Positions 53,655 through 63,594 of a stretch of 64,000 nt of DNA are shown here, one piece after another (within the stretch, counting starts at the first letter, position 1; the number at the start of each line of letters is the position of its first letter). The position numbers and the translations under genes are program-made. The notes under the pieces were generated by a model. The model saw only the letters and a program-made list of their open reading frames with translations. It had not been told where the DNA came from and ran no database searches. Source of the stretch: Saccharolobus islandicus REY15A (GTDB taxonomy: Archaea > Thermoproteota > Thermoprotei_A > Sulfolobales > Sulfolobaceae); the NCBI RefSeq assembly GCF_000189555.1, contig NC_017276.1. One strand, 5' to 3'.

Positions 53655-54302
53655 TCATAATAAGCTATAATACTCATCTAATAAAATTTCCAATAATAGC
53701 TTTTCAGCTTTCCTTATGTGATATAAAAGAGTATTTGGCTTAATCCCTGTTTCATTACTTATCGAAGTTAACTTACACTGCCTAGGGTAATCAAATAACC
53801 CCCTTTCATATGCTATCTTAAGTATTTCCATGTTTCTATCAGTTAATTTGTTCATTAACTTCCGTAACTCACTTAATTTAATTTCTTTAAAATTTATTAA
53901 AGTTGAAGCCTTTTTTAAGCTTTCTAAAATCTTAGGTATAGAGTAAATGCTTACCACGATATTCCACTTTTCAGTACCATCTATGATCCTATGGGATATC
54001 ACAATAGAGTTTATTTCGTGAAGTAAGTTGGAAATTGCGTTCCTTTTAGGGTAAATAAAGTCTACTAAGAAGGCTCCTCTATCCATAGAGTATACCTTAA
54101 TTACCTTAACGTTTTTCGAATTCCTCATCTCATTAATTAACTTCTTAGAATCCCTACCTAATATTAGAACCCTTGACGAAAAGAAATCACTGTCACTGAA
54201 GTTTTGGGATATGAGTTTAACGTTAACCTCGTATTTATCCGTTATAGAAGTCCAACAGTCTGGATGAAAAAGGTCAATTGACAATACTGAAAATTTTTCC
54301 AT
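53655..54302 (-). CDS. HTH_10 (bacterio-opsin activator type) regulator
   Basis: HPDCWTS N-terminus; LTDRNMEILKIAYERGLFDYPRQCKLTSISNETGIKPNTLLYHIRKAE. Confidence 0.85.
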   Translation of the reverse strand: MEKFSVLSIDLFHPDCWTSITDKYEVNVKLISQNFSDSDFFSSRVLILGRDSKKLINEMRNSKNVKVIKVYSMDRGAFLVDFIYPKRNAISNLLHEINSIVISHRIIDGTEKWNIVVSIYSIPKILESLKKASTLINFKEIKLSELRKLMNKLTDRNMEILKIAYERGLFDYPRQCKLTSISNETGIKPNTLLYHIRKAEKLLLEILLDEYYSLL

Positions 54303-54334
54303 AATTCAGTTTAATAAATATAAGTATAAAAGAT

Positions 54335-55489
54335 TTATGGGATATACCATGACAAGGGATATGAAGGATCATCCACCTCTTTAGCGTAATTCGTTAATTT
54401 AACTCTCCTCTGAGTTTCCACCATTACTGCAACTTCATCGTTATAACTTCCCCTTTTACTTAAACTCGACTCAACAGCTCCAGGTTGAGGACCGTGAACA
54501 TGCCCACCCCTATGTAGAGTTATATCTCCTTTTGAAATTCCCCTCCTACTCATGAACTGTCCAGAAGAGTAAAATAGTACCTCGTCTGCGTCCACGTTAT
54601 CGTGATAATAAGATATTGGGACAGAATTAGGATGGTAATCAAATAGTCTAGGAACAAAAGTACATATTACGAAATTATTAGCCGTGAAAGTAGTATATAC
54701 TGTTGGAGGCTGGTGTAACTTACCAGTAATTGGCTCTAAATCGTAAACGTTTAACGCAAATGGATAAAGATATCCATCCCATCCTATAACATCAAAGGGA
54801 TGATAGTCTAAAGTAATGGATTGGAAACCTTCAGAAGTTTTTACAACTAAGTTATAATCCCCTTTCTCATTAAACGTCTTTAAATTGGGTAATTTAATAT
54901 CCCTATTATAATAGAACGAACCCTCAATTAATTGTCCGTAATCATTTCTGTACTGTCTAGGTATTTCAACTTGCTTGCCCTCTATTACGAGTAATTCAGA
55001 ATATCTCTTAAAATTAAACGTATAAGTAGTCCCCCTGGGAATAACTAAATAATCTCCCTGCACTAATTCTATGCTTCCGAAAACACTCCTAAATTCAGCT
55101 TCTCCCTCTTGAATGTAATAAACTTCATCGAAATCAGCATTCCTATAAAATAATTTACTCTCCCCCTCATCCACCTTCGCGTAAGATATGATAACGTCCT
55201 CATTAAAAATTAGTGGAATCCTATCTAAAAATACATCATTAGACTTCCTCAATTTACTCGTGGAAAGCTTATGATGTCTATATCCAGCGTTATTCCATTC
55301 CTCAATTAAATTATTTCTCCATTCTCCAACCTTAGCTATTCTAGTTGGAGGGTTTAAGTGATAAAGGAGGGAATATCTACCACTAAATCCATTTAAACCA
55401 AACACTTCCTCCCTTAACAACAAATTATCCTTCATGAAAATCGTATGCCTCTTCTTTGGAACTTCACCTTGCCTATAATAGAATGCCAT
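54335..55489 (-). CDS. hmgA: Homogentisate 1,2-dioxygenase family
   Basis: FYRNADFDE, HPFDVIGWDG, HQPPTVY, YYHDNVDADE and HGP iron-ligand motifs. Confidence 0.85.
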   Translation of the reverse strand: MAFYYRQGEVPKKRHTIFMKDNLLLREEVFGLNGFSGRYSLLYHLNPPTRIAKVGEWRNNLIEEWNNAGYRHHKLSTSKLRKSNDVFLDRIPLIFNEDVIISYAKVDEGESKLFYRNADFDEVYYIQEGEAEFRSVFGSIELVQGDYLVIPRGTTYTFNFKRYSELLVIEGKQVEIPRQYRNDYGQLIEGSFYYNRDIKLPNLKTFNEKGDYNLVVKTSEGFQSITLDYHPFDVIGWDGYLYPFALNVYDLEPITGKLHQPPTVYTTFTANNFVICTFVPRLFDYHPNSVPISYYHDNVDADEVLFYSSGQFMSRRGISKGDITLHRGGHVHGPQPGAVESSLSKRGSYNDEVAVMVETQRRVKLTNYAKEVDDPSYPLSWYIP

Positions 55490-55552
55490 AATATAATCTT
55501 TTAACCTAAGTATTTAAGTATATAATCGAAACCTTTCTATGAAACATTTATT

Positions 55553-56602
55553 TTGATATACTTAAAAATAAATGTGATGGATAAAATAAAACCAGAGTTA
55601 TTTTGGGTTGTAGATCATTACCCAGATTCGGGTATTTCAAAGGGAGAATATTACGAACAAATAGCTAGGGAAGTGGAGTATGCTGAAAAATTAGGATACA
55701 GAGGAGTCTGGATAGCAGAACATCACTTCATAGATTACGGAATAGTCCCATCAGCCCCAATATACTTAACATATTTAGCGAGTAGAACTAGCAGAATAAG
55801 ATTAGGACCGGCAGTCTCTACAATAGTGTTCAGAAATCCCATACAAGTAGCTGAAGAATATTCGTTATTAGACACTCTCTCTAAGGGAAGATTAAATTTA
55901 GCAGTAGGTAGCGGGTATTTAAAACATGAATTCGAAGGTTTTAACGTCCCTCTTGAGGCTAAAAGGGAAATATTCGATGAAGCCCTAGACATAATCATTA
56001 AACTAATGAGAGGTGAGAAGATTACTGTTAACGGGAAGTATTTTAAATACGAAAATATAGGAATAAACGTATTACCAATGCAAAAACCTCATCCCCCCAT
56101 ATGGATAGCAGTACTTAGAGCTGAGGCTGCCTACCATGTAGGAAAGAGGGGATTTAACCTAATGATGATACCATATGCCACAGTAGATAAGATCGATGAT
56201 ATAATGCCAGTTGTAAATTCCTTTAGAGAAGGTCTTAAAGAGAGTAGAAACGAAGAAAAAGAGGTATCCCTTTCTTTCCACACACATGTAGCTAACTCAT
56301 TCCATGATGCAGTTGAGACTTCTAAAGAGTACATAAATAGATACGTATTCTCAAGACTTTACGCTAAGAGAAGAACACTTGATGAATTATATGGTAGCGG
56401 ACTATTACTATTCGGTAGTCCAGAGGATGTTGCAAATCAGATCTATAAGATATATAAGCTGGCGAGACCTAGTAGGCTCATGTTTTTAGTAGATTACGGA
56501 ATGAAACCATACGATATGGTCATTGACATTTTAACTAAAATAAGGGAGAAGGTAGCTAAACATCTAGAAGATAAAGGAATTTCATTGGATTTTGCAGATT
56601 AA
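55553..56602 (+). CDS. Luciferase-like (LLM) flavin-dependent monooxygenase
   Basis: GVWIAEHHF, RIRLGPAV, SKGRLNLAVGSG, PHPPIWIA. Confidence 0.85.
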   Translation: MIYLKINVMDKIKPELFWVVDHYPDSGISKGEYYEQIAREVEYAEKLGYRGVWIAEHHFIDYGIVPSAPIYLTYLASRTSRIRLGPAVSTIVFRNPIQVAEEYSLLDTLSKGRLNLAVGSGYLKHEFEGFNVPLEAKREIFDEALDIIIKLMRGEKITVNGKYFKYENIGINVLPMQKPHPPIWIAVLRAEAAYHVGKRGFNLMMIPYATVDKIDDIMPVVNSFREGLKESRNEEKEVSLSFHTHVANSFHDAVETSKEYINRYVFSRLYAKRRTLDELYGSGLLLFGSPEDVANQIYKIYKLARPSRLMFLVDYGMKPYDMVIDILTKIREKVAKHLEDKGISLDFAD

Positions 56603-56645
56603 TAATATTAAAATTTTTTATAATAAGTTTTAATTCTCAAAAAAA

Positions 56646-57500
56646 TTAAAGTAAGGCTATGGGATTTAACGGAGATGCAGTAGCTCCACTTAATCTAAGC
56701 GGTAATACTATTAACACGAACTCCTGCCTATCCCCTAGTAACTTAACCAGCGCCTCTAAATACATATTATCTATCATAGGTATTCCGTTCTCAGCAATCA
56801 AATATCTATGAACCGGTAAGTAACTTTTACTCCCCTTTCTTACGTATTCAGTCCTTGGCGAATCACTCCCCACCAATCCAAAACCCTTACTAACTAACCA
56901 TTTAGCTGCATCTAAACCTATCCCGGGCTCTTCTTCTGCCCCATCTTTACTAAAACCAGTATATATGATAGCTGCATCCCCCTTCTCCACGTTAACCTTT
57001 AACCTCTTTTGTAAGTCTTCACTTGTAACCTCCCTTTCTAAGCCTATATCAGAAACATCGAAGAAGATAGCCCTTGTAATTATTGGCGGTATTGTGGTAA
57101 TATCCAAATCCTTATACCCATCCACATCAGCCCTCATGGTCTTTATATCAATTCCTCCGAATAGTTTACCCTTTTCAGATACGTGATTTAAGGCATCTAT
57201 ATGAGTACCAGAATGATCACACATACTTAACCTAACATTAGCAAAACCAGTTCCCTCTGGTATATCCAAATCCCTATATCTTCTTTTAGCATCATCATAA
57301 TGCAATTGCTTACTTATGTAAACTGGACCGTGAGCGAAATAATATAGACCGTTCTTTACTGTCTTTCCAAGTTCTATTATCTCGCCTTTCTGTATTAGCT
57401 TCAAAATATCTTGAATCCTCTTAACCTTATATGAACCTTCCCCTATTACCTCGTATTGAAAGAGGTTAAGAAAGTGGGTTATTACGGATTCCATTTTCAA
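56646..57500 (-). CDS. Cyclase / kynurenine formamidase family metal hydrolase
   Basis: HSGTHIDA, GDAAIIYTG, VHRYL, LPLRLSGATASP. Confidence 0.85.
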   Translation of the reverse strand: MKMESVITHFLNLFQYEVIGEGSYKVKRIQDILKLIQKGEIIELGKTVKNGLYYFAHGPVYISKQLHYDDAKRRYRDLDIPEGTGFANVRLSMCDHSGTHIDALNHVSEKGKLFGGIDIKTMRADVDGYKDLDITTIPPIITRAIFFDVSDIGLEREVTSEDLQKRLKVNVEKGDAAIIYTGFSKDGAEEEPGIGLDAAKWLVSKGFGLVGSDSPRTEYVRKGSKSYLPVHRYLIAENGIPMIDNMYLEALVKLLGDRQEFVLIVLPLRLSGATASPLNPIALL

Positions 57501-57911
57501 TCAAAGTTAAGATTGTTCACACATAATTAAAATCTTTTTTCAATATAAGTATTTATATTAAAATAAAAAATTTATCACTTTATTAATTTTATGCTTGATG
57601 ATCATTTATACTTATGCTTAGTATATCATACATGATTATGTAAAAGCACTAATATTAAGGTATAAATTTCATTATTAGTTTATAAAATATAAAGAAATCC
57701 TATTTTAAATTTCTATTATATTATTTTACTAATAAATATCGAATAAGATGAGTGCACGAGAACACGCTCTTTATACTATATATAAAAAATGATTTTATAT
57801 AAGACATATTAAAATATCAAATATAAGTTTATATTAATAATATATTTTTTAAACTTTATATAATTATTTATCTGTACTTTATTTCTAAATTTCTAAGTAT
57901 TTAATCATATA

Positions 57912-59103
57912 ATAGCAGTTGTTCTACTTTAACGCAGCTTAAAGATTTTCATCAAACCCAGAGCACCCTCTAAACGTATTTCAACGAACCGGAGAAGTTC
58001 CTCCACGCTCTTCAAGTTAAGGGACGTGACCAAGTCTCTGGCCGCGTTGACCACCATCACAAAGAGGAGCAGATAACCTTGAAGCCTCTTCCTCTTGAGG
58101 AAAGAGGAATCTTGCATACCCAAGGTCTTGACGTCCCTGTGTAACTTCTCTATCTCCCACCTAATCTTCCAAGTTGCATCTATCTCCTCATCGCTCAAGT
58201 TAAGGTCAGTGGCGTACAAGTTGAGCCTGTTATCTTTATATACCAGTATTAACAGCTTTATAGTAATAACTTGGTCTCCTAGGGTCAACTCAGCCAAGTA
58301 AGACCCTGGAGGGAGATCTCTAACGTGGGGTGCCCCTCCACCCCCAACGTCTTCCCTCCCTCCAAAGGCCTAACCCTTAGGAGCCTCCTATTAGACTTCA
58401 ATTCCGAAACTACACTACCCTTCACCAGCTTCTCCGACCAATACCAGGAGTCAAACACTACCCTCGCCACATGGAACCGCTCTTTGAGAACCTCCATAAT
58501 TTCCGCAGCCATCTCGATCTTGGTCTTGAACTCACTTACCATCCCGCTTTCCCACATCTTTCTCGTGGCGTAGGGGAAAGCTCCTATCAAATAGCTTTTC
58601 CCTGTAGATAAGTCGTATAAGGCTATTGTGAGGACTTGTATGCCAGGCTCGAGTGCGTGGAGCACCACGCGAAGTAGTTCCCGTACTTGCTTGCTCTACT
58701 CTGGAATAGAGTTTGTGGTCGAAGGTGTAGTCAATTATCACTACTACCGGTCCAATTATCACTTTGCTTAACGCTTCAAGGTAGTCTCTCCATGTGTTCT
58801 CTAAGTTCTCTAGTGCTTTTAACAAGTTGGCGTAGTTTAACCCGAACGTGATTGATGTGTTTCTAATGCTGGCCCTCTCTCCTAGCAAGGTCATGAGTGC
58901 TAAGTCTACTGCGACCTTTCTGCTTAACCCGTTCATTCTCAGTATTCCAACCAGGTAATTGAAGGACTTAATGAACTCGCTCCTTGCAATGTCTAGCTCT
59001 TTCTCGGACTTCACAGTTTTCAATCAACCAAACGTAAATCTAAAAACTTTATCGATAGTACCGTGAACTTTGTATTACCAAGGAAAAGTAGAACAACTGC
59101 TAT
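57912..59103 (-). mobile_element. ISC1217-like element, multiply frameshifted
   Basis: 18-bp inverted repeat ATAGCAGTTGTTCTACTT (57912-57929 / 59086-59103); transposase pieces 58532-59023, 58285-58668 (FDSWY) and 57929-58297 (WEIEKLHRDVK). Confidence 0.75.
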
Positions 59104-59325
59104 ACCTAATTGATAATTGTAATGATTTGGTGGAGGATTGGTTAAATCTTCACTCCTGTGAGGAATTAAGAGAATCGTGCCATTTTAATATTGAAGGGAA
59201 GAAAAGCTCCTTTATTCCAATAGATGATAAGGAGTTAATACGTTACATAGCTAAAGGGTGTGGAATCTTTTGGATAGTATGAAAAATGTTGAAACGTATA
59301 ACATATGAGATTATTGAGTACCCTC

Positions 59326-60978
59326 TTAGTATTTTTCACTCCTAAAAGCTAAGTTGTTTACTTTTATCGTGTACGAAGAGATTATTCCGAATCCCGGCGG
59401 GGAAACGCTTAGAACTTTTGAGTACTTTTCCATGCCTATCCTCTTTAATGCGTCCTCGTCTGCCCTCATTGCGACCTTTGTGTTAGTTAAAGTAAGGATT
59501 AGGTCGTTTAAATCCGTTGGCCTATGCGTTGCTAGAATTGTGCCTATTCCCCTAACCCTTCCAAGCCTCATAATCTTATTAATTAACCTCTCTAGGGGTT
59601 CCTTGTTTTCTTCCCTCTTACCTTGAGGGAAATATTCGTGAGCCTCGTCGAAGATCATTAAATACTCTGTTTCCTTACCTTCCTTCTTATAACGGTCATC
59701 TATTATCTTGAATATTTTATTAATGATGAGGAAGGAGGCAATAGTTGCCGAATCTACTCCCCTCTCTAAAGCCCACCTTAAATCAACTACCGCCTTGCTC
59801 TTCATTATTTCCTCGTAGTTAGGCTCTTGGTAATAGCCTTTGCCAAAGGATACGTCAATTATCCCGCTCTGAGAAAGTAAGTAAACAGACCTAATTATGT
59901 TGTTCTGAGTTTCCCTGTGTATCTTCATTTTCTCCATAACTTCCCTGCAGTTATCTTCCCAATCGTCAATAACGTTGTTCTTACCTACGCAATTTTCTGA
60001 AACTATCTTAAAGAACTCGCCTCCTTGAGGGCTGAAGTAAGGAGAAACGTCGGGCAACAGTTTATAATTTTCCGGCAATCTAAAGCCTAATAAGTAGAGG
60101 TTAAATGACGATTTTCCGTTACTCAGGATCAGTCTGTCACCTTCAACCTTACTTATTTTATATCCCGACAAGTTGCTCCTCTTTAGGAAGACGTCTACAA
60201 AGTCAGTAATTCCCATCTCGTAGTCCCTAGTTACTGGAACTACTATTGAGCCTCCCATTTCTACTGCAGGCTTTATGTAATCTCCTTGGATGTCGAATAC
60301 AATTAGCGGAGTATCGGAGTTCTTCATTATCACCTTCAGTAAGTTTGTTTTGCCTGCTCCCGTTGTTCCAACAACTAGGACGTGGTGTTTTAACGCTTCT
60401 TTACTCAGTTTTACGTCAACTTCGATTTCCCTATAGCCTTCAACAACTTTTCCTATCCTCACTCCTTCTTCAGGAATTCCCAACATTCCTTTAATGAAGT
60501 CCAGTGAAGGTAAGAAAACTGGGCTTTGCGGGTCGATAGGAGAGGAAGGAGGTACAACTTCTCCTTCAACCTCTTCTGAGAGCAGTTCTACTGTAATTAC
60601 GAGGGGAGTCATTAGACCGCTTACGTTCTCTTGAGGGAACAATGAAGGTACTTTTGATATTGAAAGTATGTCCTGCCTAGTAACTGCCTTAATCCTGGAT
60701 AGCATTAAAGTCCTTGAGACCGGTAAAGATATGCCTAAGTAAGAGCCTATGAGTATTCTACTGCTCAAGTAAGTGTCAAAAGATACCTCAATTTTAACTT
60801 CTCTTTCATCCTCTCCATATTCTGCAGGGTAAACTCTAGATACCATGCCTATTATTTTCCCTTTTGCCCTCTTCCTAGCTTCTTCTATTAGCTGAGATAA
60901 GGGAGCTGGCGTTTGAATTTCCTCTTCTCTTCTTTCCGCTTGTTCTCCTCTTTCCTCCATTTTACTCACTTGCATCAA
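59326..60978 (-). CDS. HerA/FtsK-like ATPase (accessory paralog 2)
   Basis: HVLVVGTTGAGKT, IFDEAHEYF, RLGRVRGIGTILATH. Confidence 0.85.
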   Translation of the reverse strand: MMQVSKMEERGEQAERREEEIQTPAPLSQLIEEARKRAKGKIIGMVSRVYPAEYGEDEREVKIEVSFDTYLSSRILIGSYLGISLPVSRTLMLSRIKAVTRQDILSISKVPSLFPQENVSGLMTPLVITVELLSEEVEGEVVPPSSPIDPQSPVFLPSLDFIKGMLGIPEEGVRIGKVVEGYREIEVDVKLSKEALKHHVLVVGTTGAGKTNLLKVIMKNSDTPLIVFDIQGDYIKPAVEMGGSIVVPVTRDYEMGITDFVDVFLKRSNLSGYKISKVEGDRLILSNGKSSFNLYLLGFRLPENYKLLPDVSPYFSPQGGEFFKIVSENCVGKNNVIDDWEDNCREVMEKMKIHRETQNNIIRSVYLLSQSGIIDVSFGKGYYQEPNYEEIMKSKAVVDLRWALERGVDSATIASFLIINKIFKIIDDRYKKEGKETEYLMIFDEAHEYFPQGKREENKEPLERLINKIMRLGRVRGIGTILATHRPTDLNDLILTLTNTKVAMRADEDALKRIGMEKYSKVLSVSPPGFGIISSYTIKVNNLAFRSEKY

Positions 60979-61975
60979 GTTCTGCAGTTCTCAAGCTTTC
61001 CCAATCTTCGTAATTTACTCCAGTAGTAACTCTGGCTATGTTGAAGGCGAAAATAAAAGCTGAGGCGCTTAGTCTCTTTGATATCCTATCGGCAACTTCT
61101 ATGAATTCTGGTATACCGCGGTAGGACGAGTATTCTCTTGCGGTGTAAACTCCTTTGCAAAGTAAATCCTTGGATAGGCTTTCAACTCTGAATACTCCTT
61201 CCCTTACTTTAACGTAAACCATGTACCTAGTGTAATTCTTTCCTCCAATGTCAACTTCTTCCCTGAACACTGGAGTAGTGTAGAAATCTTTCCCTCTTCC
61301 TAAGTATTCAACTATTACGTCGTCTGTGGCGTTCATTAACTTGGGGTCTTTTACTAACTCTGACCTCCTTAATTTTCTACTGTAATTTAACCTCTTTACT
61401 ATTCCTATTAACTTGTCCTTCTTGCGTTGGTTTGCCAACGAGATAAAAGCAGATCTGTAAGGTTCTCCTACCATTTGTATGTAAGGCCCGGGGATTATTG
61501 GGCCGTCAACTATCGTCACGAAGTTTGATTTACTTATTGCGTAATTTTCCAGTGAGATCCTCAGCTCATCTAATATGTTATCGTCTTTATAATCCGGCGA
61601 GTAAGGTTCTCCGTTGACGTTGTTTATTGCGACTATCTTGGAAAGGGTTTGGTCTCCTTCAATTAATTTCCTAACTTCTTCTGAGGCTTTTATCGCCATG
61701 AAAGGAACTTCTACCATGAGGGGGATCATTAAATTTTCAGTAACTAAATTTGCGTAAAGCGATGCGAAATAAATGTTAGCCCCTTTAACGTTAATCATCC
61801 TGGAGGAGGAGTCTAGGAATGAGAAAGTAGTCAAGCTCTCGCATTCTCCTAATTCGTCTTCTACTTCAACTGGCGTTGAATCTTCTATGCTTGATGCAGG
61901 AGTGACCCCTAAATAAGGTTGATCGAGTGAGGTGAGTAAGCTGAAGAGTGACTTTATTGCTTCTCCGAATTCCAT
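60962..61975 (-). CDS. NurA-domain nuclease (accessory paralog 2)
   Basis: FSFLDSSS, TIVDGPIIP, IGIVKRL; overlaps the herA start. Confidence 0.8.
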   Translation of the reverse strand: MEFGEAIKSLFSLLTSLDQPYLGVTPASSIEDSTPVEVEDELGECESLTTFSFLDSSSRMINVKGANIYFASLYANLVTENLMIPLMVEVPFMAIKASEEVRKLIEGDQTLSKIVAINNVNGEPYSPDYKDDNILDELRISLENYAISKSNFVTIVDGPIIPGPYIQMVGEPYRSAFISLANQRKKDKLIGIVKRLNYSRKLRRSELVKDPKLMNATDDVIVEYLGRGKDFYTTPVFREEVDIGGKNYTRYMVYVKVREGVFRVESLSKDLLCKGVYTAREYSSYRGIPEFIEVADRISKRLSASAFIFAFNIARVTTGVNYEDWESLRTAELDASE

Positions 61976-61997
61976 AATTCTTAAGATGATTTGTATA

Positions 61998-62279
61998 TTA
62001 TATGTATTGCGGTGAGTTAAATTCCTCTCCTTTTATTTCAATTCTCGCCTTCCATCTTTCCGTTAACACTGAAGGATATTCCCTTATAACGTCTGCTTTC
62101 TTAATTGCGAGCTCCTTGGTCGGCTTTACGATCTTTACTCTAGAAAGTAATCTTATCATTTCCTTTTGATATTTTACTTCCTCATCAATTACCTTAATTG
62201 TATATTCTCCCGGTGAAAGTGGGAAATCAAGAGTAATAGAAAAAAGGGGTGACGTATCTAGTGGTGGCTTTATTCGCAT
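61998..62279 (-). CDS. Small hypothetical protein upstream of nurA
   Basis: 93-aa ORF, co-oriented, 22 bp from nurA. Confidence 0.55.
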   Translation of the reverse strand: MRIKPPLDTSPLFSITLDFPLSPGEYTIKVIDEEVKYQKEMIRLLSRVKIVKPTKELAIKKADVIREYPSVLTERWKARIEIKGEEFNSPQYI

Positions 62280-62626
62280 TTAGTCTAACCTCGTCTCGAA
62301 TACTTCCCTCATTTCTAGGTTAGTCTTTTTGTTCCTCAATTTCTCGTCTAGTCTTTGGAGGACTTGTGTTTCTTGCGTAAATGGTAATAGCAGTTGTAAA
62401 TTATAAGCTTTAAAGCTATTTAGGGCATACTGGTAGATTCGTTGATTTTCTTAGCACACCTCGTCTTCTAAATCGCAGTGAATTAGAAGAAGTAAGTAGT
62501 ATCTTAGAGAAATTGAACATCATGCCAAAAGCAACTAGTAAAAAAAGCCTTTATAAAACAGTAGATCTTTGACGCTTATCTATCAGTTCATTATCAAATG
62601 AATTCACTTCTACTACATTATATCTT

Positions 62627-62986
62627 TTATAATGTCACTTCTGAGCTTTTCTTTGCTCCTTTGTTTATTAAATCTTTATCGTCACTGACCAGTGTGACGT
62701 TGTATTTCCTACTTAAGAATAAATATGTAGCGTCGTAATATGTTAATTTTTCTTTTATCGCTATTGCGAGCACTTCTTCATTTAGGTTTACGCTCTCTAC
62801 ATGAATGAACTTTAGAACGTTTAGGAAGTCTTTAATTAGATCTTCCCTCCCCATCTTCCAAAGGAAATTTCCTATTTTATAATACGCAAGGTTTGAAGTT
62901 AAGCTTTCCTTAAATAAATCAATCGACTTATTTCCTAGTATAGAGATTAAATTAATGATTGCCGACGAGTCGAGTACGTATTTCAT
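62627..62986 (-). CDS. vapC: VapC/PIN-domain toxin
   Basis: YVLDSSAII, TYYDATY, VSDD; ATGA overlap with the antitoxin. Confidence 0.85.
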   Translation of the reverse strand: MKYVLDSSAIINLISILGNKSIDLFKESLTSNLAYYKIGNFLWKMGREDLIKDFLNVLKFIHVESVNLNEEVLAIAIKEKLTYYDATYLFLSRKYNVTLVSDDKDLINKGAKKSSEVTL

Positions 62987-63222
62987 CTCTTCCTATCCTC
63001 TTCGATTAGCCTTGCTACTTCCTCTTCCGAGAATTTTAATTCCTTAGCTATTTTTTCAGCTGATTTTCTTGCCTCTTCTTCTTCCCTTTTTCTAACTTCT
63101 TCCTCTAACGCTTTTCTCAGTACCTCGGAGACGTTAATATTGTATTCCTTTGCTTTTTCTAAGAGTTCTCTCCTAACTTTGGTGGATATTGTAACCCATT
63201 CCATAACTTTACTACTATTCAT
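62983..63222 (-). CDS. vapB: VapB-type (RHH/CcdA-like) antitoxin
   Basis: VTISTKVRRELLEKAKEYNINVSEVLRKALEEEV ribbon-helix-helix; true start may be MEWV. Confidence 0.8.
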   Translation of the reverse strand: MNSSKVMEWVTISTKVRRELLEKAKEYNINVSEVLRKALEEEVRKREEEEARKSAEKIAKELKFSEEEVARLIEEDRKR

Positions 63223-63438
63223 GTAGTAATAAATTTTACTACTTATACCTTCTTTTGATGAGGTAATACTTATTGAATTCCTTGTCGAAAATTATTGAAT
63301 GTTCTTTAGAGAGGAAATCCTACGCTACATGGGAGTTGCTTACTGTAAGATAAAGGCTTTTCCGCAATAGGCGGAAAGAAATTCGTTGACCTTCTACCGT
63401 AACTTTGTAGTAAAAACGTTAGCTTTTGCCAATTCGTA

Positions 63439-63594
63439 ATGTACCCTCATCAAGAAGAAGGAGTTGAAAAGCTAATGCAGGGGAAGAATTTGATAATCAA
63501 CTCTGAAACAGGTAGCGGAAAGACGGAAATTTGGGTTTCCTATGCTTTGCAAATGATGCTCAAGGACGAGAATTTTAGTACTTTAGCAATTTAG
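63439..63594 (+). pseudogene. DEAD/DEAH-box helicase N-terminal remnant
   Basis: Manual translation MYPHQEEGVEKLMQGKNLIINSETGSGKTE: Q motif plus Walker A, then a stop. Confidence 0.7.

Noticed and set aside
6847-60494. Numerous 60-140-aa ORFs antisense to or nested in long genes (for example 6847-7158, 10016-10309, 26674-26976, 37059-37478, 59354-59626)
   Set aside because: Shadow frames of well-supported genes, without motifs or independent start signals.
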